Shown here in pieces: positions 50,901 to 64,000 of a DNA stretch of 64,000 nt. Source of the stretch: Octopus sinensis (taxonomy: Eukaryota); the NCBI RefSeq assembly GCF_006345805.1, contig NC_043003.1, forward strand, positions 88,350,001-88,414,000, read 5' to 3'. The translations under genes were made by a program, and so were the position numbers. Within the stretch, counting starts at the first letter, position 1. Each line of letters begins with the position of its first letter. Below the pieces are notes generated by a model. The model saw only the letters and a program-made list of their open reading frames with translations, ran no database searches and was not told the DNA's origin.

Positions 50901-52305
50901 AGGAAACTAATCACCTTCCTTGAAGAAAATGACTTGCTGCCTGACACCCAACATGGTTTCCGACCAGGAAGAAGCTGCTTAACTCAGCTCCTGCAGCACT
51001 ATGACTGGGTGCTGAAACAACTGCTCAACCACTCAAATGTGGAAGTAATATATCTCGACTTCGATAAAGTCGATCATGGAATGATATGTCACAAACTGCG
51101 TGATCTTGGCATAGTTGGAAAACTAGGAGAATGGCTTCATGACTTTCTGAAGAATAGAAGTCAGGTGGTAGTAGCCAATGGGGCCACTTCCATTAGCACG
51201 CAAATAGTGAGCGGTGTTCCGCAGGGCACTGTTTTAGGACCACTACTGTTCATAATGGCCCTCTCAGACATGCCCTCAGCCACGCAGAGAGCCACGATCA
51301 CAAGTTATGCAGATGATACAAAAGTTTCACAGGCAATATAGAACCCTGAAGACACTAAGCACATGCAATGTGAGCTGGACGAAATATACAAGTGGGCTGA
51401 AAAGAATAGCATGCAGTTCAATGCTGAAAAGTTTCAAGCTTTATGCTATCAGCATGCAAAACTGAATGCAATACCCAATGAATACACTGGACCCGGAGGG
51501 ATTGCAATCCCAGAGGCACAATCAGTGCGTGACCTGGGTATTCACATGAGTGATGACGCGACCTTTCATGTACATGTTGTGCTAAACTGACAATGAAATG
51601 TAGAGCTGGCTGGATGGATTCTTAGAACCTTTAGAACAAGAGAACAAGAAACCATGATTGTCCTCTGGAAGACACTTGTCCTAAGCCACTTTGACTATTG
51701 CTCTCAGCTATGGTCACCATCCAGTGTCAAGTTGATCAAAGAACTTGAGGCGATCCAACGAAGCTACACGAAGAAGATAGCCTCTGGTGCATATGAGCTA
51801 CTGGGAGAGACTCAAGAGATTAAAGCTCTATTCCCTGGAGCGTAGGCGAGAAAGATATGCCATAATATATATCTGGAAGACCCTGGAAGGTCTCTGTCCC
51901 AGACTTTGGCATCGAGAGTCACACAAATGCCAGAACCGGACGCCACTGCGTAGTACCAAGGACTCCAATTTGCCATCAAGATGTAGGACAAGATATTGTG
52001 ATAGCCTGGGCTTCAGAGGCCCACGCTCTTCAATATCCTCCCGAAGAACCTGAGGGACCTGCATGGTGTAGATGCGGATGTCTTTAAAGTAGTAGGACTG
52101 GATCTTCCTGTCAGGTGTCCCGGATGAACCAACTTCACGGCAGGAGGCGCAGATGAGGGCAGCTGCATCGAACTCTCTCATGCATCAGATGGCGTTTGCT
52201 AAAAAGCATCCGTGAGGTAAAACCGTGTAGCAAACCAAAATGGCGGTGCCCCAGCATGGCCACGGCTCATTAGCTGAAACTGGAAAATCAAATCAAATCA
52301 AATCA
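47290..52305 (+). mobile_element. LINE family F, near full length, with tandemly repeated pyrimidine-rich 5' region, open ORF1 (48397-49287), frameshifted APE-RT, (AAATC)n tail
   Basis: Colinear with 32990-36990; RT motifs at 50883-51590. Confidence 0.92.
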
Positions 52306-52445
52306 AAATATATAATATATAATATATATATATATATATATATTTTATATTATATATATATATTATATATATATTTTAGATATATTATATTATATATATA
52401 TTTTTATATATATTATATATATATATTTTATATATATATATATAT

Positions 52446-52612
52446 GGGAGTGGCTGTGTGGTAAGTAGCTTGCAAACCAACCACATGGTTCCGGGTTCAG
52501 TCCCACTGCGTGGCATCTTCGGCAAGTGTCTTCTGCTATAGCCCCGGTTCTGACCAATGCTTGTGAGTGGATTTGGTAGACGGAAACTAAAAAGAAGCCC
52601 GTCGTATATATG

Positions 52613-52688
<76 letters not shown>

Positions 52689-52910
52689 TATGTATGTGTG
52701 GTTTGTGTGTCTGTGTTTGTCCCCCTAGCATTGCTTGACAACCGATGCTGGTGTGTTTACATCCGCGTCACTTAGCGGTTCGGTAAAAGAGACCGATGAT
52801 AGATAAGTACGTGGGCTTACAAAGAATAAGTCCGGGGTCGATTTGCTCCACTAAAAGGTGGTGCTCCAGCATGGCCGCAGTCAAATGACTGAACAAGTAA
52901 AAGAGCAAAG
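52446..52910 (+). mobile_element. SINE family 1
   Basis: Same head, CORE-like block and tail as 13454-13915. Confidence 0.87.
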
Positions 52911-52914
52911 AGTA

Positions 52915-53879
52915 TTTTATATATATATATTAGTATATATATTTATATATATTTTATATATATATATATATAATATATATATATATTTTAATATGTATAT
53001 ATATATTATATATATATTTTATATATATATATTTATATATATATTTTATATATATATTTTTATATATATATATTTTATATATATATATTTTATATATATA
53101 TATTTTATATATATATATTTTATATATATATATATTATATATATATTTTATATATATATATTTTATATATATTATTTTATATATATATATTTTATAATAT
53201 ATTATATATATATATATTATATATATATATTTTATATATATAATTTTATATATATATTATATCATCATCATCATCATCATCATCATCGTTTAGCGTCGTT
53301 TTCCTGCTGGGACGCTATATATATTATATATATATATTATATATATACATTATAATATTATATATATATATAGTATATATATATATTATATATATATATT
53401 ATATATATATATATTATATATATAATTATATATATATTATATTATATATATATATTATATATATATTTAATAATATAATATATATCTATATTATATATAT
53501 ATTATATATATTATATATATAATATATATTATATCTATTTATATATATATCTATATATATATATATTATTTATTATATATTATATATATTATATATATAT
53601 ATTAATATTATATTATATATATATTATTATATATATATATTAATATAATAATATATATATATATATTATTATATTATATATAATTATATACTTTTATATA
53701 TTTTTTATTATATATATATATATATATATATATTATTATATATATATTATATATATACATTATATATATATATATATTATATATATATATATATATAATA
53801 TATATATTATATATATATTATATATATATATATTATATATCCATATATATATATATATATATATCTTATATATATATAT

Positions 53880-53925
<46 letters not shown>

Positions 53926-53981
53926 ATTATATCTATTATATATATATATATAATATATTATATATATATAATATATATATA

Positions 53982-54023
<42 letters not shown>

Positions 54024-54589
54024 TATATATCACCTGTGCATACCTTCCTTTCTTCTGTGGACACTTGTGAAGACCTGTTGAGGCAAGTGAAAATGAAATC
54101 AAATCAAATCAAAATAGATGAACATCAATGGAATTTGTATCTTGTGGTACCAGTGCCGGTGGCACACAAGAAAACCATCCGAACGTGGCCGTAGCCAGTG
54201 CCGCATAGACTGGCCTCCGTGCTTTGGGGACGTAACAAACACCATCCGATCGTGGCCGTCCGCCAGCCTCATCTGGCACCTGTGTCGGTGGCACATAAAA
54301 ACACCATCCGAGCGTGCCGGTCTGCCAGCCTCGTCTGGCACCTGTGTCGGTGGCACATAAAAAAACACCATCCGAGCGTGGCCGTTCGCCAGCCTCGTCT
54401 GGGACCTGTGTCGGTGGCACGTAAAATCACCCACTACACTCTCGGAGTGGTTGGCGTTAGGAAGGGCATCCAGCTGTAGAAACACTGCCAGATCTGACTG
54501 GCCTGGTGCAGCCTTCGGGCTCCCCAGACCCCAGTTGAACCGTCCAACCCATGCTAGCATGGAAAACGGACGCTAAATGATGATGATGA

Positions 54590-54628
<39 letters not shown>

Positions 54629-54710
54629 GATCTATATATATATATTATTTATATTATTTATATAATATATATTATATAGAATTATATATATATAATATAT
54701 TATTATATAT

Positions 54711-54741
<31 letters not shown>

Positions 54742-54792
54742 ATATATATATTATATATATATATATATATATATTATATTATATATTATATA

Positions 54793-54830
<38 letters not shown>

Positions 54831-54846
54831 TATATTAATATATTAT

Positions 54847-54880
<34 letters not shown>

Positions 54881-54917
54881 ATATATTATATATATATATA
54901 TATATATACTATATATA

Positions 54918-54973
<56 letters not shown>

Positions 54974-55057
54974 ATATATAATATATATATATATTATATA
55001 TATATATATATTATATTATATAATATATATAATATATATATAATTATTATATATATA

Positions 55058-55122
<65 letters not shown>

Positions 55123-55133
55123 ATTATATATAT

Positions 55134-55188
<55 letters not shown>

Positions 55189-55200
55189 ATATATATATTA

Positions 55201-55274
<74 letters not shown>

Positions 55275-55362
55275 ATATAATTATATATATATATATATAT
55301 TATTATATATAATATATATATTATATATATATATATTATTATATTTATATATTACATATTAT

Positions 55363-55400
<38 letters not shown>

Positions 55401-55457
55401 TAATTAATATATATCTATATTTTATATATATATAATTATATATATATATTATTATAT

Positions 55458-55492
<35 letters not shown>

Positions 55493-55493
55493 C

Positions 55494-55528
<35 letters not shown>

Positions 55529-55554
55529 TCTATATATATATTATATATATATAT

Positions 55555-55587
<33 letters not shown>

Positions 55588-55598
55588 ATATTATATAT

Positions 55599-55641
<43 letters not shown>

Positions 55642-55686
55642 AATATCTATAATAATATATATATATATATAAATATATATATTATA

Positions 55687-55719
<33 letters not shown>

Positions 55720-55799
55720 ATATATATTATATATTATATATATATAGATATATTATATAATATATATATATATATTATATTATATATTATATATATGAT

Positions 55800-55832
<33 letters not shown>

Positions 55833-55866
55833 ATATATTATATATATATATATTATATATATATAT

Positions 55867-55898
<32 letters not shown>

Positions 55899-55986
55899 AT
55901 ATATATATATATATCTTATATATATATATTATATATATATAGATATATATATATATATATATTATTATATATATATATATTCTATA

Positions 55987-56047
<61 letters not shown>

Positions 56048-56073
56048 CTATATATATATATATACATATATAG

Positions 56074-56123
<50 letters not shown>

Positions 56124-56200
56124 ATATATATTATATATATTATATATATATATATAATATATTATATATATATATATATATAATATATATATAATATAAA
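52915..56200. repeat. Degenerate (TA)n arrays with an embedded RTE 3' UTR at 54030-54590 (+)
   Basis: Direct reading. The UTR has about 60-bp internal repeats and a (GAT)n tail. Confidence 0.95.
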
Positions 56201-56269
56201 TATACCGTCCAACCCATGCTAGCATGGAAGCATGGAAACGGACGCTAAACGATGATGATGATATAATAT

Positions 56270-56779
56270 ATATATATATATAAAACGTAGTTGTGTGAGT
56301 GTCTCCTACGATTTAGATTCCTAACTCCTCCCACATTTTTGCGGTGCAGCTTAACCAAATTCGGGTATCCTATAGTCGTGATTAATATCGAGCCCGTCTG
56401 GCTATTAGCGTTGCGTCTAGATGAGTGTACGATTTTTAAATAATTTAACATAATTTTTATTCCATTTTAATGCATCATAATTTTTCGTGTGTCGATGGCG
56501 GCGGAGTTGGCGTCCACGCTCAAACACCTGCACTTGTTTTGCTTCTCCCCCCTTCTCCCTCCCTCGTGAAGCTGTGGGGAAAGGAATTTAGGGAAATCAA
56601 CGTCGTAAACGTTGTCAAGGAGACAGCGTTCTTTTAGAACAACGACTTCATGGCTTGAAGACACAAAACAGAAATGGCTAAGAAAGCCCGAATTGGCATC
56701 TATAAAGGAAGTAACTCTCTAAAAATGCTATATATAGTTATTTCCCTTACAAACCGAGCAACGCGGGCGATACTGCTAG
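56270..56779 (+). mobile_element. Non-autonomous Helitron
   Basis: 3' accgagcaacgcggg hairpin then gatactgCTAG|T; 5' matches 46421. Confidence 0.7.
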
Positions 56780-57014
56780 TTATATATATATATATATTAT
56801 ATATATAATACTATATATATATATATATTATATATATATATTATATATATATTATATATAATATATATATATATATATATATTATATATTATATATTATA
56901 TTATTATATATTATCATTATAATATATATATATATATATATATAATATTATATATAATATATATTTTATTATATATAATATATATATTTTATATATAATA
57001 TATACTATATTATA

Positions 57015-57176
57015 GGCGCAGGAGTGGCTGTGTGGTAATAGCTTGCTAACCAACCACATGGTTCCGGTTCAGTCCCACTGCGTGGCATCTTTGGGCAAGT
57101 GTCTTCTGCTATAGCCCTGGGCCAACCAATGCCTTGAGAGTGAATTTGGTAGACGGAAACTGAAAGAAGCTTGTCG

Positions 57177-57232
<56 letters not shown>

Positions 57233-57474
57233 TAATATATGTATGTATGTATGTATGTGTGTGTGTGTGTGACTGTGTTTGCCCCCCTAGCATTGTGACA
57301 ACTGATGCTGGTGTGTTTACGTCCCCGTCACTTAGCGGTTCGGCAAAAGAGACCGATAGAGATAAGTACTGGGCTAACAAAGAATAAGTCCGGGGTCGAT
57401 TTGCCCGACTAAAGGCGCTGCTCCAGCATGGCGCAGTCAAATGACTGAAACAAGTAAGAGTAAGAGTAAGAGTA
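57015..57474 (+). mobile_element. SINE family 1
   Basis: Full head to (AAGAGT)n tail. Confidence 0.87.
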
Positions 57475-57514
<40 letters not shown>

Positions 57515-57543
57515 CTATATATTATATTATTATATATATATAT

Positions 57544-57575
<32 letters not shown>

Positions 57576-57601
57576 AGTATATATATTATATATATATATA
57601 T

Positions 57602-57649
<48 letters not shown>

Positions 57650-57658
<9 letters not shown>

Positions 57659-58580
57659 ATTTTTTGGCTCAAAAGCAAAAGCAAGGCCATGTTGGGGGAC
57701 ATGGAGTTAAGTACGGGGTGGTGTTCATGCAAAGAGTTCAGGCCATTTGTGGTCAAGGGAGACTTTGAACCGAGCGGTCGTCAGCATCTTCACTATCTCA
57801 TCCGGCAGCTTATTCCACGTATCCGCAACCCGGACGGAGAAAAGCCCCTCTCCTTTGATTGAGATGAAATCGTCGCAGATAGAGCTTTACGGAGTGACCG
57901 TGCAGCTGACGCTCTGGAGCAGGAGTGAAGAACAGCTCTTTCGAGAGGTTACACTTTCTTCTTATGATGTTGTGAGCGACAATGAGATCAGCACAGCATC
58001 GTCGTTTTTCTAGAGAATAAAGGTCGAGCGTCTTCAGCCTTTCTTCATAAGACAAATGCTTGAGACCAAGCACCATGTGGGTAGCCAGCTTCTGGACTCT
58101 TTCAAGATGATGTTTGTCTTTGAGGAGATAAGGAGAAGAGGCTTGAATCCCGTACTCCAATATGGGTCTCACCAGCATGACATAGAGCGGTAGAAATATG
58201 GCTGCTGTGAGCATTCTGAATGACTGTCGAATCAAAAACAGAACTCCGCGTGCTTTGTCTGCAGCATGGACACTCTGGGCTGAAGGTGAAAAGGAAGAAT
58301 CCACCAAGATACCCATGTCCTTTACCTGGTTGGTCCTCTCCAGCAGCAGACGACCCGGCTCGAAATCAAGTTGAGTTGCAGGAGAAGAGCCAACAGGTAG
58401 ATGACAGCACTTTGACACATTCAGACACAGGTCCCATTTGTTAGACCATCTCCAAACTTGGTGGAGGCATCGACGAAGATCCTCTATATCACCGCAAGGA
58501 GCGACCAGTTTGACATCATCGGCAAATAGAAGGATGTGTTGCATGAGGTCGTCGGGAAGTCATTTATGAAGACTAAGAAC
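57650..58580 (-). mobile_element. LINE family E 3' fragment
   Basis: ORF 57810-58544 (LFADD) is highly similar to 42100-42882. Confidence 0.92.
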
Positions 58581-58779
58581 TGTTGTACTTCTTTATGTCC
58601 TTAACATGTCCCTGTTATCAAAGACTGTATATATACATGTAATGTGGCAATTATGTAAAAAACTTTTTTGAATTCATAATATTCTATGTTACTTTTGACA
58701 ATCTTTTTCCAAAGAGTGAAACCGGTTAAGTAAATAAACATCTTTTAAATTGCATTTTCAAACCTTCTTTCATATATAT

Positions 58780-59323
58780 TATATTATATATATATATTAT
58801 ATTATATATTATATATAATATATATATATATATATTATTATAATATATATATATTATATAGATATATATATATTATATATATATATATTATAATTAAGCA
58901 GATATATTAGATTATTATATATATATTATATTATATTATAATATATTATATTATATATATATTATATATATATATATATTATATTATATATATATTATAT
59001 TATATTATATATTAATTATATATATTTAGTATATATATATTATATTATAATATATATATTATATATATATATTATTATATATATTATTATATATATATAT
59101 TATATTATATAGATATTATATATATATATATATTATATATATATTATATTATATATATTAATATATAATATTATATTATATATATATTATATTAATTTAT
59201 ATATATTATATTATTATATTATATTATTATATTATATATATATATATTATTATTTATATGTATAGATTATATATATATATATTATATTATATATATATAT
59301 ATATTATATGTATATATATTATA

Positions 59324-59356
<33 letters not shown>

Positions 59357-59473
59357 ATATATATATTATATTATATATATATTATAATATATATATTATA
59401 TATATATATATATATATATTATACTATATATTCTCATATTATATATATATATATATATATAATATACATACCT

Positions 59474-59571
<98 letters not shown>

Positions 59572-59694
59572 CACATATACATTATATATATTATATATAT
59601 ATAGTAACATACATATATACATACATATATAATATATATATCTATATATATATATATACATACATATATATATAATACATATATATATACATAC

Positions 59695-59726
<32 letters not shown>

Positions 59727-59867
59727 CATACATATATATATACATACATATATACATACATATATATATACATACATATATACATACGTATATAATACAT
59801 ACAATATACATACATATATATACATACATATACATACATATAATATATATATATTATATATATCTAT

Positions 59868-59902
<35 letters not shown>

Positions 59903-59938
59903 TATACATATATATATATATATATATTATATACATAT

Positions 59939-59973
<35 letters not shown>
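58780..59973. repeat. (TA)n/(TACA)n low-complexity array
   Basis: Direct reading. Confidence 0.95.
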
Positions 59974-59974
<1 letters not shown>

Positions 59975-59999
59975 AAGTTTTGGGTAGGGAAATATGCAC

Positions 60000-60897
60000 T
60001 GTGACATACGGTATGTCTCTCTTCTGGCTGGACGACCTAATATATACGGATAGCGCTAAGTTGCAAGAGGGCAGTCACAGATGACAGGACAAGTGGCAGA
60101 CGTGGTCTGACAGACAGGGGCAGATGGAAAGGAGACCGGACAACTGAAAGACTGGTAAGCGATGTTGTTGGGATACTGTGCTTTGCCGAGTAGACGTAAA
60201 ATGAAGGAACTGTTTCAGTAAATGTTGTTTTTGTATGTTTTAAAGGAAATGAAGTGTGATATTTAAATGTTTCAAGAAAAAAAAGAGAAAAACCTTGTGA
60301 TGTTAACTGTTGAAAAGAAAAAGAAAAGGAACTTTGTTGTTAAATGATGAGAAAACTTTGACATTGACTGTTTGAAAAGAAAAAGAGAAGAAAAGAACAT
60401 TGTTGTTAAATGTGGTTATTTAAAAGGAAAGAAAGGAAGAAAAAAAGAACTGAGTTGTTGACTGCTTTTAAAAGGGAAAAGAAAAAGAAAATAAAGATGG
60501 AAAAGGACTGTATTAAATGTTTTGAGAAACGAACTTTGTGTAAAAAAAAAAGGGGGAAGAACTTTGTGTTATTAAATGTTAAATGTGTTTTTTTAAAGGA
60601 ACTAAGGAAAGAAAAAAAAAGAACTTTCCAAAGATGTTAAATGTTTTGTTGACCATTGTTGTTGAATGTTTAGTTAAATAAAAATAAAATTTTACTTTGA
60701 CTACGCAACGCTTGTGTGTGTTATTCTCTTTTGTTGTTGTTGTTGGGTCTACTGGCTGCGCTTCGCTGCTTCCCCCGTACGGAGTGAATTCCTGATTTAC
60801 TGAGCGCCATCACACACGAGCTTCTCGAGGCTAGCAAACTGCGGGCTGTTTGTGTGAGGGCCTGTGGCGGCATCGTAGGCCTGCGTGCGGCGTAACA
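60000..60897 (+). mobile_element. 5' LTR of an LTR retrotransposon (Gypsy-like)
   Basis: TGTGAC...GTAACA ends, AATAAA near 60677, followed by PBS and gag. The 5' boundary is inferred because no second LTR is present. Confidence 0.7.
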
Positions 60898-60899
60898 AC

Positions 60900-60917
60900 T
60901 GGTGTCAGAAGTGGGAT
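60900..60917 (+). promoter_or_regulatory. Primer-binding site complementary to tRNA-Leu(CAA)-type 3' end
   Basis: TGGTGTCAGAAGTGGGAT, 2 nt after the LTR CA; complement of ..ATCCCACTTCTGACACCA (tRNA sequence from memory). Confidence 0.85.
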
Positions 60918-60948
60918 CCTAATTGCTGCAGTGAATCAGTTATCCGCT

Positions 60949-61305
60949 ATGGCTTTGGAGGGAGCATGTACGAAGAGCCAGACCAGGAAGGAAGAGATAT
61001 CCCTGGCTACAGTTGTGGAGATGTTAAAAGTGCAGAGAACACAGCAAATGCAACTTCAGGATCAGCTAGAAACATTTATGGGAAGACTGGAGAAAAGGCA
61101 ACAGTGCTTTCGGAAAAATCACCAAGAGTTTAAGGATGCAGATGGGTCAGCTTTTGAGGGTGGATGCTGGACATGTGGTAAAAATGGACACATGGGCTAT
61201 GACTGCCCAGCAAGAGAGAAGGAAAATAAAGAAAGTGAACAGGAGAAACTTTTGCTACAGAGCCTAAGGTTGCTGAACCTGAAGTGGTTGCTGAACCTGA
61301 GGTAG
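60949..61305 (+). pseudogene. Short gag-like ORF (118 aa) with CCHC zinc knuckle
   Basis: Coiled-coil-like QQMQLQDQLE and CWTCGKNGHMGYDC (CX2CX4HX4C). No pol follows. Confidence 0.75.
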
Positions 61306-61698
61306 TTGCTGCTGCCGTTCCGTATCTTAATGCTTCAATGCCTGGGCCCTTGTCTCCCGGGATTCAGGATAGCTGTGTAGTGCCCATTGGATTGCTACAG
61401 AGGAATTACCAAGAAGACATACGAATTTCAAGATTCTCATACTAAAGTATATACAATTTTCTAAACTAACTACATGAACTATACTGGAATACAAGATAAT
61501 ATAATGGATTTTGAGAATGAATATTATGGATTATTGCAGAAGAATAATCAAGGAAATATATATGGATTTAAAGACTCTCATCAAAAGTAGTAATTTTTAA
61601 TTTTTAATTTACCTTTGAAACAAACACCATTTTACAATTTTACTTCAAATCTTTAAAAAAACTATCATTCGATATATTATACAATATTCATATTTTAT

Positions 61699-61788
61699 AT
61701 CTCTGAAGAGCAGAAGGGTTGTCTATAAACGCTTATCAATACAGGATTTCATTATAGGGACAATTCTTCTGCGAAACGATCGTAAGAT
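61699..61788 (+). ncRNA. Type I hammerhead ribozyme, intact core, long stem II
   Basis: ATCT-CTGAAGA-GCAGAAGGGTTGTC..GACAATTCTTCTGC-GAAAC-GATC-GTA-AGAT. Confidence 0.82.
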
Positions 61789-62093
61789 GCTTAAATAATT
61801 AATTCAAAATTTTTAAATTATGAAATTTATTTTATACATTATATTTATATTTTTATACTTATTTATACATATTTTTAATACAGTAATTTCTTTCACACGG
61901 GTTATGAGGAGTTTGGATATAGATCTTCTTTATTAATAATAATAATATATTATTAAAAAATATCTGTATATATCGCTCGTATTAAATATATAAATACTTT
62001 AATAGTATTAATATTTTTATACAAGAGAACACTCAATATAAATTCAGTATAAAATATTCTTATTGAATATATTTACCTAAAGATTTATATATA

Positions 62094-62481
62094 CTAGCAG
62101 TATCACCCGGTGTGGCTTGGGTTTGTTTCGACCCTATAGAATTGAAACTTTTGAAAAGTAAAAATTTTGCATTATGCAACTTGTTATTCTCTTCAAGTGA
62201 ACATTTTTCCAGTTGAAATACACCGAAAAATGGTGACACAGCAGTCAAAAATCGTAAAAAATAGGGATTTTCATAGAAAAAAAGCACCTTTTTGATGTAA
62301 ATAATTTTTGGTGTTAACATGGTCCGATTTAAATTTTATCGTCTACAGAATGAAGAGCAAGCCTTCTATCATACTCTCAATTTTGGTCAACTTGCGCTGC
62401 AGGGTCTCGAAGGAGATAGTGTTAGTTGAAGGCTATCAAACCTGCCACACACACAGACAACTTCAGCTTTATATATATAGA
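62094..62481 (-). mobile_element. Non-autonomous Helitron
   Basis: Minus strand A|TCTATATATATAAAGC...CCCAAGCCACACCGGGTGATACTGCTAG|T. Confidence 0.72.
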
Positions 62482-62482
62482 T

Positions 62483-63167
62483 TTGCTACACACTACTTTC
62501 CATCCTTAATAATGAAACTTGGTAGTTCCAAAAGTTAAACACACAGATATACACACAGACACACAAGTTGAGTTTTATATATATAGATTTCTCAACGGGG
62601 ATTTCAGGGGGAGTTTCAGGGAGTTGCTGGCGATGTATTGTGATGATCAAAAATCCGGCCTGCTAAAATTTGGTTAAAGTGATTCAAACTGCAGACTCAA
62701 TGCAAAATGGTCACATTTAATTCAAAGCGTTAAAAATGTTATGAAAACAATTGGTATGTGTTCACAAAGTTCAAACGATTAATACGAAAAAAAACCTCCA
62801 GGCTACATCCCGAAATTCATTTCTTTGCCGAATTTCTACAATGTTTATGGTGATTCGTTTTTATATCGTGATTTTTTTATTTTTCATGCAATTTACGCAT
62901 GCTTGCACGCGTGGTGAACACAGTTCACGTCAAACAGCTGCCTGAGTAAAGTTCACTATTCAATGCATGGGATAAGGCCTAAACAAACACATTATCGATT
63001 TTTGCACTTGCGAGATGAATTTCGGAACAGAAATAGCGCAGTTCAATTTTCATTCGCCTAAACTTTAAGTGACCCATGTTTGGTGGTTCTACAATTTGTT
63101 GGCTAGGAGGAGATGTGCCGGGAAGTTAAACACACAGACACACAAGTTGAGTTTTATATATATAGAT
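62483..63167 (-). mobile_element. Helitron-like 5' ends/fragments of another family (two copies)
   Basis: cacacaagttgagttttatatatatagat ends at about 62588 and 63167. Confidence 0.5.
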
Positions 63168-63214
63168 ATTATTATTATGTATATTTATTTATTTAATTAT
63201 TTTGTTTTTATCTT

Positions 63215-63297
63215 GGACCTGAAGAGTGACTATATTTAAATTGAATTGATTTTAATGTTATCAGTTTGAAAATATAGCCACGAAACACATGTAGTCC
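63215..63297 (+). ncRNA. Type I hammerhead ribozyme, intact core
   Basis: GGAC-CTGAAGA-GTGACTATATTT..AAATATAGCCAC-GAAAC-ACAT-GTA-GTCC. Confidence 0.78.
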
Positions 63298-63480
63298 TTT
63301 TACCAATTATATACTTTTTATTTATTATTTTGTACTTTACTCAATTATTGGTATATGTTTTATTGTATATTTAATTTTTTTCTGTATGGCATAATTTAAT
63401 CAGATCAATGTTATTTCATTGTTGAATTGATAAAAGGTGTTTTTTTTCTAATTTATACACACACGCCCACACACATACAT

Positions 63481-64000
63481 GGGGCCAGACAGAGCTGGCA
63501 AACGGCCACGAACGGATGGTGCTTTTACGTGCCACCGACATGGGGCCAGACAGAGCTGGCAAACAGCCATGAACGGACGGTGCTTTTACGTGTCACCGGC
63601 ACGGGGCCAGGCGAGGCTGGCAACGAACACAAAGCATCATCCGTTTGTGTTCGTTGCCAGCCTCGCCTGGCCCCGTGCCGGTGACACGTAAAAGCACCGT
63701 CCGTTCATGGCCGTTTGCCAGCTCTGTCTGGCCCCGTGTCAGTGGCACGTAAAAGCACCATCTGTTCGTGTCCGTTTGCCAGCTCTGTCTGGCCCCGTGT
63801 CGGTGGCACGTAAAAGCACCATCCGTTCATGTCCGTTGCCAGCCTCGGCTGGCCTCCGTGCCGGTGACACGTAAAAGCACCGTCCGTTTTTGGCCGTTTG
63901 CCAGCTCTGTCTGGCCCCGTGTCGGTGGCACGTAAAAGCACCATCCGTTCGTGTCCGTTGCCAGCATCGCCTGGCCCCGTGCTGGTGACACGTAAAAGCA
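63481..64000. repeat. About 61-bp RTE-UTR-derived tandem array with an inversion point at about 63638
   Basis: Unit ..gtggcacgtaaaagcaccatccgttcgtg..; orientation flips across the hairpin ggcaacgaacacaaa / tttgtgttcgttgcc. Confidence 0.88.

Noticed and set aside
58690-58735. GAAAC-CG-GTT-AAGT, a hammerhead 3' half
   Set aside because: No recognisable CTGANGA or stem II upstream.
59978-59999. GGGTAGGGAAA as a polypurine tract, making the LTR a 3' or shared LTR
   Set aside because: Short, 7 nt away from the TG, and no upstream pol. PBS and gag downstream mark a 5' LTR.

Overview
Repeat-saturated, AT-rich animal genomic DNA. The SINE and RTE families resemble octopus repeats as I recall them; this is inference, not a search result. 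Only one host coding exon is recognisable: a 165-nt minus-strand exon of UDP-glucose 6-dehydrogenase (UGDH, 4133-4297). The rest is intronic or intergenic. It holds about a dozen RTE LINE pieces (PHD finger inside ORF2, (GAT)n tails), two CR1/L2-group LINE families, four or more Penelope-like element (PLE) families, tRNA-derived SINEs, non-autonomous Helitrons, mariner/Tc1/pogo remnants and MITEs, a truncated LTR retrotransposon with a tRNA-Leu-type PBS and CCHC gag, a 29-bp minisatellite and kb-scale (TA)n arrays. The main signal outside the ORF track is about 13 minimal type-I hammerhead ribozyme (HHR) motifs of about 7 sequence types. They include a near-perfect 430-bp palindrome centred on an HHR, a head-to-head tRNA-SINE dimer carrying an HHR module inside one 14-bp TSD, and a PLE family with a shared non-canonical CUGUYGA core. 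All folds were read by eye. Several foldbacks could be assembly artefacts.
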